From the NCBI RefSeq assembly GCF_048593235.1, contig NC_133619.1:362280454-362344453 (forward strand): a stretch of DNA of 64,000 nucleotides, written 5' to 3'. The notes beneath the pieces are model-generated. The model saw only the letters and a list, made by a program, of their open reading frames with translations. It was not told the origin of the DNA and did not search any database. This document shows, piece by piece, positions 33,291 to 46,449 of this stretch (positions within the stretch are counted from its first letter, which is position 1; each line of letters starts with the position of its first letter). This DNA comes from Sminthopsis crassicaudata (taxonomy: Eukaryota). Made by a program: the position numbers and the translations under genes.

Positions 33291-36200
33291 ACAAGAAGAC
33301 TCACTTTATTCTTCTTGAAAGCTAATCCTGGAATAAAGAGATATGCCCACTGTACTCTCAGTCAGACTAAAAATGAGTATTATATTAGGTTATTCAGAAT
33401 TCCATCAGTCATTCAAAGTAGCATGGTGTCTGTGCTTGTGAGATCTGGAGAATTTATCAGCTTAGGCTAGACCTAAAAGTCAATCAAAATGCCCATAGCT
33501 ACAGATTTTAGCATGAATTAAGGAAGAGTTAGATCATAGATTTAGGGCTGGAAAGAATTTTAGAGGTCAGGAAGTCCATTTTTTTTTTTTTAGTTTTATT
33601 GATGAGGAAAGAAGAAACTGAAACCTATGGAGATAAACTTGCTTGCCCAAGATAGTATGATATGATAGATAAAGCACCAAACTAAAGGCTCTGCCACTAA
33701 GTACTCAGTCTTGTTCCCTTGGGCAAGACACTTCTCTGGGGTCCTTAGGTGACACATCTTTAATGATAAATGGAAAGGTCAAATAAAATCACCTCAAACA
33801 TCCTTGTAGCATTACAAACTGAAAACAGAATTCATAGTAAGGGAAGGAGATTAGTGTCTATAATGTTTTTAATTCCAAATCCCCATAACCATTGCTAGTT
33901 AAATATAAGTGAATAAAAGAGAGTGACTTATTAAATCATATAAAATTCAGTAAAAAAATCAAGATGTCCCATTACTAAAACTTAAAAAAGGCTTCATAGT
34001 AGAATCACTAGAACCAGCCCATGATGAAGGTAACAGATCTTTTTGTCTGGCACATTTCACGGGAACTAAGGATCATAAATTTGGAGTTGGAAGTGGCTTG
34101 ACAGGTCATTAAATCTAAGGCCATCATTTTAAAGGTGAATAAACTGGCTTGTCCAAGTCACATAACTAGTAAGCATCTGAGATGGAATTTGAAGCTTCAC
34201 TTCAAGTCCTATCAGCTATATACCATACTATATTGCTTCTCCAGGTAATTTAAATCAAAGCATTCAAGGGCACAAAGATGTCAGGTAAGGAAGATAACCA
34301 GAATACTTAGGGGAAAGGGTATTTAGGGTCTAATCATAGCCACCTGAGGGTCAAGGGTCAACAGACTCCAATAGAGACCTTGGAGTACTAGGATAAAGGG
34401 AAAGAACAAGGATCTAACTGTTGGATTTAATGTATCATCAGTGCAAATTCTTTCAACTCTTCATATTACTCATGTATCAGAATAGCCCAGGGATGCTGAA
34501 GGAAGAAAGGTAATTTATATGAGCTGGTGAAGGATCTCACTGATTGGTTCTCACCTCAAAGGTCAGAAACAGAGAGAAGCCATTTGGGAAGGTTGAATGA
34601 GGGAAGAGTTTCCAGACAGATTCCAGAAATAGAAAAGGATGTCAAGTCAGAGAAGGAGATGGGATAAAGAATAAACAGATGAGAAAAAACAAATAAACAG
34701 AGAGAAAAATTTTTTCAGCAACTAGAGTCCACCATAAAACTGTAGGTTGAATTATAGCCCATCCAATTTTAGGACAAGTCACTTGACCTCTCTTGGACTC
34801 AATTTACTCATTATAAAATGAGAGTTGAACTAGATGACTTTAAAGTCCCTTTCACATTTAATACTATGTTCTATGGTACATCTCACAGTAGATTATATTA
34901 AATTCAAATTATACTGAATGCATAAACATTAACATAAGTTCACCTGAACTCAATCATATCTTTAACAAACAATTTATTTAAAGGTGTGTATTCAACTCAT
35001 GCTAAAACTTTTGTCTTTCAGTTATGTTCATGGCAGTCAAGTTAATTAAAAGCTGAGGTAAAAAATATCTAGAACCTTAGAAGGGAAGGCTTGGAGACCA
35101 AGCTTAACACATCAAGCAGCAGAGAAGGGCAGGATAAGAAGTGAAAAGTTGGCTTTATATAAATGAAAGTCAAACTGATCCATTCACACTTGTTTTCATG
35201 GTGAGTTTTATGGATTTTTTTTCTTATTTTAAATAAAAAAGATCTTATTAAATCATGTGTTTCTAGCAGGAAAGACAGCACACACACACACAACACAACT
35301 CACACACACTCACACACAGCATCATATGCTATTTCAAAGGAAAAGCTTTGTTTTCAGTTTCTGAGGCAGAAACTCTTAAGAAGAGAAGTTTCATCCTCTC
35401 CTCCCCTCCTCCCCATCAAAATATGCATTTGTTTCAAGATCTTTCAAGACAGATAGACTTAGATACAGAATAAGACCCAAAAGATGGAAAAAAGAACAAG
35501 TTAGGGTAAATGTCAAGAGGTTTGTTTTTTTGTTTTGTTTTTTTTTTTTTGAAAAAGGAAATTAAGGGTTGGGGAATTTTTACATTGTTATCATGCTCCC
35601 AGTTTACATGTTAAATCTCATGGTTGGTAGGTTCCTGAGAGAGAAGGACATGTGTTTTGAGGGCATATTTTTGATGGTTTTAGTATAATCATCTCATTGT
35701 TTAAGTGAGTTGGGATACTGAGAAAGCACACAAGAAAAACCATCTTCCCTGAAAGCAGGATTCAAGTTAACATGCCATTAATAATGGCTATGGTGAATTA
35801 TTGGTGAAGAGAATAAAGTTAAGGGTCAGAGAAAGAACCAGAAAAAAATGGGTCATAGAAACATGATCAGGCAGATCACATCAGAAGCCTATGGAATTCT
35901 CCTCACATGAAGTCATATATTATTACTACAAAGAATAGTAACTGCTCTTGGGTAGAGTAATTACCAGAACACTAATCCGAGTCACTGTCCTCTTAGGCAA
36001 AATGGGCAGATGGGAAAACATAAAAACAAATGCCTTATTAGAACCCTAGTTCAAAGTTGGTAGAAAGCTTCAATATATTAATATGAGAGTTTATGTGATT
36101 GTTTTCTTCAGTTAAAAACAGCAAATACATACTTTAAAATTTTGTTTTGGCTTATGATTACAAAAGTATAGGTGATTCCATATTTATAAAAACAATTTGA

Positions 36201-36639
36201 ACTTATGCAGAATATTGAAGGAATATAAGCTCTCAGTAGAATATAAGCTCTTTGAGGGGAAAGACTATTTCTTTCTTTTTTTGTCTTTGTAGATCTAGTT
36301 TCTGGAATAAAAGCATGTCACATTCTAAGTAGTTAATTTTTTTTAACCTGAATTGGTATATAGGCCTCTACAAAGAACCTTGCTATTCCACAATGCTGAA
36401 TATATTCAGGCTTGCTTTTCCTCCACGTTGAAGATGATTGCCTATTTGGTTATGATTTTAGAAAGAGCAAAAAGGACCTCCAAATATTTGAGAGCCTCAA
36501 GTATTTGAAATGTAAGTACTGGAGATATGTTTGGGGGTTTCTTTGAAATATAAATATTTGGGGAAAAGAATTCTGAATATTTTTCTCTCTTCAGATTCCC
36601 AATTCATTGACTTTTTCCCAGCAAATAAGGTCATCCACT

Positions 36640-37330
36640 GAGAGCTCCCTTACACCTCCTTTATACCTCAAAACTTCTATGTGTCTTCCTTCACCCAGTC
36701 TCTTTCCTTCCTTCCAGCCTCAGATAAAATGACACTTGTCTTGCCAAAGATTGCGTCTCGGATCATACCCATTCCCATAGCTCATAGTACTTTGCTCCAC
36801 AGATATTTTTCCCCATCTTAAATCTCTGCTTCTTCATTGAATTTTTATTTGTTGTCTACAAATATTCCTACTCTCCCTCATCCTTCAAAACCTTTCCTTC
36901 GACTCTTCCAAACCAAATCCTTTCTCAAGTTACTATCCTATCTCTCTCCTCTCCATGCAGAGGTAATTCCCCTTATTGCTTTAACACTCATTAACTTCAT
37001 AATTGGGTTTACATGTCTACCACTGAGAAATTGTTCTATCCAAGCTTGCCACTTAGCTGTAAATCCAATGGCCTTCATTCATTCCTCATCCTCCTTTATC
37101 TTTCTGCAACATTTGACGCTGTTAGATATACTCCCCTTTAAGTAATTGCTTCTCTGGCTTCTATGACATGGTTTATTCCTAATTTTTCTCTTATCTATCC
37201 CATCAAATTCAATCTCCCCCTATAATTAGACTTTCTCTTTTCACTCCCAAAATTTCTGCAATGCTCTGTTACTGTATTCTGTACTCTTCAGCTGGAATTT
37301 GTAATCTCATTCATTAGTCAATTCCCCAAA
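36640..37330 (+). mobile_element. L2 LINE fragment
   Basis: Pyrimidine-rich L2 ORF2 relic (ttctgcaacatttgacgctgttag...; ggcttctatgacatgg...). Confidence 0.6.
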
Positions 37331-37371
37331 TCTACATATTAAGATTCAGTAAAATGAGATTTAGATTGAAA

Positions 37372-37685
37372 TATGCTATCTGTATCCAAAGGAATAACTG
37401 TGGAAACTGAATATGGTTCAAAGTACACTATTTTCACCTCTGTTTGTTTGCTTTTTTATTTCTTGTGTTTTTTTTTTACCTTTTGTTCTAATTTTTTCTT
37501 TCACAACATAACTAATATGGAAATATGTTTAAAAGTATTGTATATGTATTACCTATATAAGATTAGTTGCTGTCTTGGGGAGGGAGAAAAAAATTCAGAA
37601 ATCAAAATCTTACAAAAATGAATATTGAAAATTATTTTTACATGTAATTGGAAAAATAAAATACTATTGAGGAGGGGAAAAAAGA
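37372..37685 (+). mobile_element. Old L1 3'UTR fragment
   Basis: Homologous to the 3'UTR of the 5175-7040 L1 (ttttcttt cacaacataactaatatggaaatatg...cttggggaggg...aaaataaaa). Confidence 0.75.
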
Positions 37686-38312
37686 TCCAGTAAATTCAAG
37701 CTCTTTATTTCCAATCAATGCTAGACATTTTCATTTTGATATCCTGATCATACCTCAAATTCATTCTTTTCCAAATTGAAAGGTAGTCAATACTTGGCTA
37801 CCCTTTAAATCTGTCTCTCCTACCAACTCAACTTCCCCATTCCTGTTGGAATCTAGTCCAGTCCAGATTTAAAATTTTAGCCATTTTTGGTTCTTATTAC
37901 CTCTTCTTATTACCTCTTGCCTGGATAACTATAATCGTATTTTTTCTATTCTTTTCTCTTATAATTTTCTGCCATGTATCATATTTAGTGATAATAACAA
38001 AAATAATAATAACTGACATTATGTTAACAAAATAAAGTTTACAAAGAACTTTACCATAGCTACTTAGCTTGGTCCAAATAAGTAGTATAGCTGTTATATT
38101 TCTGCACATTTGCATTAGAATGGAAGTTTCTTAAGCAAAGGGATTATGTCATTCTTTTCAAATAGTATAATGCCTTGTCTCTTATTCTGAAATTTTATTG
38201 AACTGAGAGGTGACATTAAATTAAGGCACATTAAGGATTTTAGTGGAATATTTTCTTATTTTGATCCTAATAGGAGCAACTAACCATAATCATATGAAAA
38301 AAACAAAGTGTC

Positions 38313-39748
38313 ACAGACCCACATTTAACACCACATACTAAGATAAGATCAAAATGGGTCCAAGATTTGGGCATAAAGAATGAAATCATAAATAAATTGG
38401 AGGAACATGGGATGGTTTACCTCTCAGACTTGTGGAGGAGGAAGGTGTTTGTGTCCAAGGTTGAACTAGAGACCATTATTGATCACAAAATAGAAAATTT
38501 TGATTACACCAAATTAAAAAGTTTCTGCACAAACAAAACTAATGCAAACAAGATTAGAAGGGAAGTAACAAATTGGGAAAACATTTTTACAGTTAAAGGT
38601 TCTGATAAAGGCCTCATTTCCAAAATATACAGAGAATTGAATTTAATTTATAAGAAATCAAGCCATTCTCCAATTGATAAATGGTCAAAGAATATGAATA
38701 GACAATTTTCAGATGCTGAAATTGAAACTATTTCCACTCATATGAAAGAGTGTTCCAAATCACTATTGATCAGAGAAATGCAAATTAAGACAACTCTGAG
38801 ATATCATTACATACCTGTCAGATTGGCTAAGATGACAGGAACAAATAACGATGAATGTTGGAGGGGCTGTGGGAAAACTGGGACACTGATGCACTGTTGG
38901 TGGAGTTGTGAAAGAATCCAACCATTCTGGAGAGTAATATGGAATTATGCCCAAAAAAGTTATCAAATTGTGCATACCCTTTGACCCAGCAGTGCTACTA
39001 CTGGGCTTATATTCCAAGGAAATACTAAAGAAGGGAAAGGGACCTGTATGTGCCAAAATGTTTGTGGCAGCCCTTTTCATAGTGACTAGAAACTAGAAAA
39101 TGAATGGATGTCATCAATTGGAGAATGGTTGGGTAAATTATAGTATATGAAGGCTATGGAATATTATTGTTCTGTGACCAACAGGAGGAATACAGAGAGG
39201 CTTGGAGAGACTTGCATCAACTGATGCTGAGTGACACGAGCAGAACTAGAGGATCATTATATACTTCAACAATGATACTGTATGAGGATGTATTCTGATG
39301 GAAGTGGATATCTTCAACATAGAGAAGAGCTAATCCAATTCCAATTGATCAATGATGGACAGAATCAGCTACATCCAGAAAAGGAACACTGAGAAATGAG
39401 TGTAAACTGTGAGCATTGTTTTTTTGTTTTGTTTTGTTTCTCTTCCCAGATTATTTTTACCTTGCGAATACAATCCTTCCTTTGCAACAACAACAACAAC
39501 AAAATTCAGTTCTGCACATATATATTGTACCTAGGATATATTATAAGATATTTAATATGTATGGGAATGCCTGTCATCTAGGGGAGAGGGTGGAGGGAAG
39601 GAGGGGAAAAACTCCGAACAGAAGGGAGTACAAGGGGTAATGTTGTAAAAAAAAAAAAAAAATAACCTATGCATATGTACTGTCAAAGAAAATGTTATAA
39701 TTATAAAAATTAATAAAAAACAAAATAAAACAACAAAAAAAAGAAAAC
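38313..39748 (+). mobile_element. Young 5'-truncated L1 with 15-bp TSD
   Basis: ORF 38367-38984 is L1 ORF2; long A-rich tail. TSD aaaaaacaaagtgtc at 38298-38312 and 39749-39763. Confidence 0.95.
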
Positions 39749-40554
39749 AAAAAACAAAGTGTCTTCAAAAAAAAGGAAGATCATTAAAATGGAGAATGAG
39801 GTAAGGAAGGGAAACTCAATACAAAGGAAGTGGAGAGTCATGATGATGTTATATTTTATATACAGTCAAGTTAATTAAATCAGTTCTGGTGATTCTACTA
39901 CAATCTGAATCAGAACTCTCGTGAATATAGTAAATTCTAGCTCTTCATTCTTACCACAAAACTGAGAGCCTATAATCAGATGCAATCCAGTTTTTCTGAC
40001 ACCAGAATTATCAGGGAATTCTCTTGCATTCTTGTGATGGAGGATGGGTACTGGTTGTTTTAGAATGAAAGAATAATTTTGCATCAACCAATCTTAGGAG
40101 ATTCATATCTTGGCTTGTAACATCACAGGAACCATTTGAAGATAAGTGATTAAAATGAAGAAAGTACTTCTTTGAATTTAAGAATTCTTTGTAGAAAAAG
40201 ATTTACATAGATTTATAATGGCCAAAATTACATTTACTGTTATTACTTCATCAGTGCCAATTCAAGGAAATGTATGGCAGAAAAAAAATTCATAACTTGG
40301 TAGTCAACTCACTGGTGAGGAATCCCTTGTACTAAGACTGATTTTCATACAAAAGAAAGAGTCTGAAAGGGATCTTAGAGGTACCCTTAGGTCATTCAAT
40401 TTAGTTTAAACTATGGAAAATATGGTGCAGAAAGGTCGTTTGCCTAAGATCATATAGGAAAAACTGTAACTTCCATCTCTTGGTTCTCATTTTAGTAATG
40501 TTTCATAAGATCACTGGATTCAGAGTTGGATGAGACCTTCAAGGTCCTCTAGTC

Positions 40555-40725
40555 CAGGGCTTTGTAACCTTTTTTTCCACTTATGACCCTTTTTCACCCA
40601 AGAAGTTTTTACATAACTCCAGGTATTATAAACCACACTTTTGATAATAAATCAAAATTTCATAATCCCCCACATTCAGTTATAATGACCCCATATGAGA
40701 TGGTGACTCAATTTAAGAAGTTTTG
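40555..40725 (+). mobile_element. hAT-like MITE nested in a MIR
   Basis: cagggctttgtaacc...tttaagaagttttg degenerate TIRs; MIR sequence on both sides. Confidence 0.5.
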
Positions 40726-41014
40726 CTTCAATACAACTCCCACCCCCACTCCCCTTATACAGATAAGGAAATGGAGGTTAGGAAAGATTCTGTGATTAAC
40801 TCCAGGTCCTTTAGGTATTAAGTAACAGATCTGGTACCCAAGTATAGGCCATTTACTTCCAAATCCAGGACTCCTATAATATAATACTATGATCCACCCT
40901 AAAAGATTGCCCAATAAATCACCAAAGTAAATCATTCAGAGTTTCTTTAGCCTTCAAGACTCAGCATCCTAATATTCACAATCATTATTTGTAGTCTCCA
41001 AAATTTAGACATAT

Positions 41015-41719
41015 GGGAGGAGGATTCTGGCAAGATGGCGGAGTAGGTTAGTAAATTTCAACCTCTTCTGATTTCTCCACAAAATAGAACAAATTTGCAC
41101 CTCAGGGTGAACATAGACTCTGTGAAAAATTTAAAAGACTTGGGGCAGAACTGGGGTCCTCCCAATACAAGTGAGAAGATCTGAAGAAAGGCCCTGGGCT
41201 GGCGGATTAACCTGTCTGAAGTACAAACACTTCCAGGCTAGCTCCACAGAAACATCAAATGGGTAGCCCTTGGGCTAGCTGGGTGTGGCTGACGCTCTGC
41301 AGGAACCACAGAGACTTTCACCTCCCAGACTGTTTGTGAAGTGGGAGCTTGAGTCTGGGAAGACAGAGTGAACCTCTATTGATTGGAAACATCAGGCCCA
41401 GCTGTGCTGCAGAGCAGCAGCTCTAGGAGAGAAGGAACTCACACTCAGTGAGTGAAGAAACAGTGGGACAGGGACCCTGGCTTCGGGCACTTGCAGGAAG
41501 GTGGAGCTCTTGGTTTGGGGTTCCTGGTCAGAGGGGAGAGCTGAAGGGAAGCTGGAGGCACCATTCCCTTCCCCCCACACACACACAATTAAAGGTACTT
41601 ACACCAATACCTCTTATTTTTTAAAAAATGAACCAGAAAAGAAAGAATTCCACCATTGAAACATATGAAACAAATGAGAATAGGGAAAACTGGCATTCAT
41701 CTTCAGAGGAGGACACTTT

Positions 41720-41755
<36 letters not shown>

Positions 41756-43560
41756 CTACCCCAAAGAGTAAGGTGAAATTGCTTTCTGCTCAGAGAAAAT
41801 TTATGGAAGAACTCGGAAAAGTATTCAAAAACCAAATGAGAGACATTGAGGAAAAAATAAAGAAAAAAAATTAAAGATCAACCAAGAAAAACAAGAAACT
41901 TATGAAAAAAAAATTAACCAATTAGAAAAAGAGGTACAGTCTCAAAGATGAAAATAATGCTTTGAAAATTAGAATTGGGCAAGGGGAAGGCAGTGAAGCT
42001 ATAAGAGATCAAGAAATAGCAAAACAGATTACAAAGAATAAGAAAATAGAACAGAATATGAAATATCATATAAGAAAAATGACAGATCCAGACAACAGAT
42101 CAAAAAACAGAAAACATAAGAATAATTAGACTGCCAGAAAGTTCTGACCAAAAAGAGAAGCTTGACACAATAATGTAGGAAATAATCCAAGAAAATTGTC
42201 CTGGAGTGATAGAACATGAAGGGAAAGTAGAAATAGAAAAAAAAAAAAAAAAAAATCCATGAGTCACCACCTCAAAGAGATCCTGTGTGGAAAATACACA
42301 GGAATATTATCACCAAATTTCAAAGCCCCCAGATCAAAAAGGAAATTTTGCAAAAAATAAGAAAAAAAAAACAATTCAAATATGCTGTAGCTACAATTAG
42401 AATTGTTCAAGCCTTATCTGTAGCTACAATAAAAGACCATAGGTTTTGGAATCATATCTACTGACTAGGCCTGAAACCAAAAATATCATATCCAGCAAAA
42501 TTATCTATAATCCTGAATGAGTTAAAATGGACATTCAATGAATTTGCAGATTTTCAGGACTTTTTATTAACCAAACCCAAACTTAACTTGTAAGAGTCAA
42601 TATGAAAGATCAGTTTTAAAAAATTTAACATAGGGAAACTGTTTTATANNNNNNNNNNNNNNNNNNNNNNNNNNNNNNNNNNNNNNNNNNNNNNNNNNNN
42701 NNNNNNNNNNNNNNNNNNNNNNNNNNNNNNNNNNNNNNNNNNNNNNNNNNNNNNNNNNNNNNNNNNNNNNNNNNNNNNNNNNNNNNNNNNNNNNNNCATC
42801 AACAACAAGGTAGCTCAAAAGAAAGACTGGCAGAGTGAAGGTAAAAATAACAAACATATTATACACATGAGATACAGAGGAAGAATAGACACAGAGACAT
42901 TAGAGGGTGGAGAAGGGCTCATAGTTCTGAAAGTATACTCACATCAGAAATAGGTTCAATAGATAACACTACATACATACCATAAAGGATATAACACCCT
43001 CCAAAATCTATAAAGAAATAAGGGGAGAGGGATGGGTGGATGGAGAAACAAAGGGTGAGAGAAGAAGACAAGGGAGGAATCATTGGGTAGGGGAAGGTTA
43101 AGTATTAACAAGTTATAGAGCAGAATTTTATTAAAAAGGCAGCAAGGATAGGAAAGGCATGTGGGTGAAGGGGTGAGTATGTGTATGTGTATGTATGTAT
43201 GTATCTATCTATATACATAAATATATCTTTTCTTAAATGTAGCTTACTTGGGAGTAGTTGAGGGGGATGAAAAGGGGAAAAAATAATAAAGTAAATAGGG
43301 TAAGCAGCAGAAAACCAAAGAACAATTTATAAGAAAGTAAAGAAAAAATGGTCATTCATGAATATAATTTCTTCTACTAATATATTATTTTCTTGATCTG
43401 GTAATTTGTTGTTATATATTTTGAATTCTTCCTGATGTTCTGCTGGGCACATAACAATGGTATCTTTTATTTTATTTTGTATTTTTTCTCTTTTCCTTTT
43501 TTTTTTCCTACTTTTTTTTCAAATAAAAAGGAAAAATATTTCAAAAAATTTAATTAAAAA
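41015..43560 (+). mobile_element. L1-derived element with 5'UTR, degraded ORF1 and 3' tail but no ORF2 (HAL1-like)
   Basis: 5' caagatggcggagtagg. ORF1p relic IRIIRLPES...EIIQENCP...RNIITKF...FKYAVATIRIVQ...GLKPKISYPAKLSII...WTFNEFADFQDF at about 42115-42580. T-rich then A-rich 3' end near 43470-43580. A 148-N gap lies inside. Confidence 0.75.
42649..42796. other. Assembly gap (148 N)
   Basis: N run read directly. Confidence 0.99.
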
Positions 43561-43594
43561 TGTTTTAAAAACAACAAAATAAATTAACATTCTA

Positions 43595-43719
43595 TTTTTT
43601 TTCCTAAGGCATTTGGGGTTAAGTGACTTGCCCAGGGTCACACAGCTAGGAAGTGTTAAATGTCCGACGCCAGATTTGAACTCAGGTTCTCCTAACTTCA
43701 GGGCTGATGCTCTATATAC
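43595..43719 (-). mobile_element. 5'-truncated WSINE1-type SINE with TSD
   Basis: ggggttaagtgacttgcccagggtcacacagctaggaagtg...; TSD ataaattaa(c/t)attcta at 43579-43594 and 43720-43735. Confidence 0.85.
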
Positions 43720-44014
43720 ATAAATTAATATTCTAGAGATTGTTGTTTGAATCTGATCACATTTCAATTTAAATATCCTAGAAAAGTCTACTAAATGCTA
43801 TTTGGATTTTTGCTATTCTGCCCAACCATTTCCATGTATCCTACTGTTTACCATTTATTTCACTGTGAATAAAGAGATACAGACTGATTAGAAAATTTAA
43901 GTGGAAATGTGATCAGATTCAAACAACCCTTAGAATTTGTCCACTCTAAAATGTAAAATGGTCCCAGTTATAGCCTAATTTTTTATTCACCTAAATCATT
44001 TATAACAACTAGTA

Positions 44015-44180
44015 TTAATATAGTGCTTTAAGGTTTGCAAAATAGTTTATAAATATTATCTCATTTTATCATTACAGCAATCTAAGAAGGTGGATATTAT
44101 TATGACCCTTATTTTTACAGATGAGGAAACTGAGACAAGCAGAAATTAAGTGACTTGCCAGAATCACACAGCTAATGTTA
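44015..44180 (-). mobile_element. MIR-family CORE-SINE
   Basis: gtgctttaaggtttgcaaa...tttacagatgaggaaactgag...aagtgacttgccagaatcacacagct. Confidence 0.8.
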
Positions 44181-44557
44181 CTATATTTATTATCCATAGA
44201 ACATTTCACATTTTTCATTAAAGTTGGCTAAAGTGACTGGAGTTAATTGAACTGATGTAAATTTTATTAAAAGATTTTCCTCTGGGCTTGATTTCTTTGC
44301 TCCTAGATTCCCCAATATCCAAGAAATAGAAACAATAAAAACAGCATTAGTAACAAATAGTTATCCAATAACAAGGTAATGAGGGAAGATTTCAAAATAA
44401 ATCCAGGTTTGAGGGTAAGAGGAAAATAACTTCTTCCAAAGAGAATTAATTTCATATCTGACATTCTCTCAAGTCCCCTCAATTAAGAAACACTGCCATA
44501 CCCCACTTTATTAAATAAAAAACTAGAACTATAAGGAATATTAAAGAAATTCTAATT

Positions 44558-44795
44558 CAATGGTTTTCAAACTTTTTGGTATCACAACTCTGTTATGCCA
44601 TTTAAATTACTAAGGAATCTCTTTAGTAAGGAAATCCTTTCCCTCCCCCAACCAAGAACCTTTGTTTATTTGGATTATATCTATTAAAATTAAAACAACT
44701 TATAATGATAATGAAAAGAGTTTTAATTGTGTACATCATTATGAAAAGGTTTCAGAGAACCCCAAGAGCCCTGAACCACATTTTGTGAATTAGTG
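44558..44795 (+). mobile_element. hAT-Charlie-like MITE
   Basis: caatggttttcaaactttttgg...gaaccacattttgtgaattagtg degenerate Charlie-type TIRs. Confidence 0.5.
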
Positions 44796-45181
44796 TTCTA
44801 GTCTAAGCCTTTCATTTTACCTCTCATCAGCCCAGACAAATGAGATAATTTGGTTAACATCAAGGAACATATTCTTTGTCAATAGCAAAATAAAAATATA
44901 GTTCTCCTGTACTACCTCCAGTGCTCCATTCCCTTAAAAATGATCAGGGGTTGGAACACTAAAAGTTTAGTCCAAAGTCCCATAGTGATGTACTTAACTT
45001 TTCTGTGCCTCAGACAATGAGAGTAGTAATTTATGCCCTCTTAATTCACTGAGTTTCTATAAAGCCAAATGATATCAAATAGGTGGGATCCTTTTAAATT
45101 CTTTAGCTCAAGATTGATACAATAGTCTCTGATATATACATACTCACATATACATATATGTGGGTACATACACTTATGTAC

Positions 45182-45226
<45 letters not shown>

Positions 45227-45232
45227 TGTGTG
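45182..45232. repeat. (TA)n(TG)n compound microsatellite
   Basis: Read directly. Confidence 0.95.
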
Positions 45233-45750
45233 TTTTTAAAAGATATTAACTTACCATCAATGCTTATTCTATACATTCCCAGTGTGCATGCTTCAAAGAA
45301 GCGATTTACTAGATTGTGGTAATTTTTACTAATTGTTGGGAGGTAAGAATGAGAAAGTGACTCTGATCCTGACCATCATCAAATTAGATGTGTTTCATGC
45401 TCAAGGGTATATATTTTTGGACTGAGTAAGAGGAAAACATCTGAGGTTTTTTAAACTAAAGAACTAACAATTTTTATTCTCAGTGATAGGGATGAGATTA
45501 TTTTACTGTCAGTCTCCCTTACCACAACACCTCAATGCACCATTAACATGAATAGATTAACTACTATCAACTTCCCTGTTTTGCCACCTTATTAAGTCTA
45601 CAAAATCCTTAAGAATGTGGTGAGACAAATAAGCCATCAATCCTTTCAACCCCAGTTATGCAAGACAATCTATCTCCTACCTTGGTGCTTTTGTACTAGT
45701 CATGCCCCCCATGCCTGGACTATACTATTTTATCACCTCCATTTCTAAGA

Positions 45751-45784
<34 letters not shown>

Positions 45785-46100
45785 TCTCAGTTCAAACACA
45801 ACCTTCTAACCTTCTACATAAAACTTTTTCCTGATGACCCTTTGGCTTCCAGCTGCTTAGTTTTTTCCTCCCCAAATCAAATTATCTTGTATCTTTTGTA
45901 TATGTGTAATGTTCTGTTGTCTCCAGAACCTATCATCTCATTATCTCATTAGCACTTAGTAAGAACCTAACATATATGTACCTATGCATGTACACAATGT
46001 TTCCCCAGTTAGAATGTAAGTTCCTTATGGACAAAGACTTTCATTTTTCTCCAAGTATTCCCAGCACATAAGAACTTAAGAAATGCTTGTTGATTGATTG
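45785..46100 (+). mobile_element. L2 3' end
   Basis: agttagaatgtaagttccttatggac...attcccagcacataagaacttaagaaatgcttgttgattgattg. Confidence 0.7.
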
Positions 46101-46391
46101 ATAAATACATACTGTGTACATCTGCACAGTAATGGGTACCTAAAAATGTACATTTTCCCACCTTTTTCTACCCATAATCATCACAAATATTATAAATTAT
46201 TGAGCCATCCAAAAATTGGCAGAGGAAAGCAGTCTACCAAAAGCATTCTTATTGTTAACATGTCCCAATACATTGCTTTTAAAACAATTACATTTGTTCA
46301 ATATTGGTTCACTTACCCACAGACATGTTATCTATGTGAGAGATTTTTTCTCTTTCAGGAAAAGCAATGAAGCCTAACTGCTCTAGCTCTC

Positions 46392-46393
<2 letters not shown>

Positions 46394-46448
<55 letters not shown>
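46394..46448. repeat. (AC)~27 microsatellite
   Basis: Read directly. Confidence 0.95.

Positions 46449-46449
<1 letters not shown>

Noticed and set aside
29093-38984. Longest ORFs (206, 242 and 205 aa) as host genes
   Set aside because: All are L1 ORF2 C-terminal fragments in 5'-truncated copies lacking endonuclease and RT; not functional genes.
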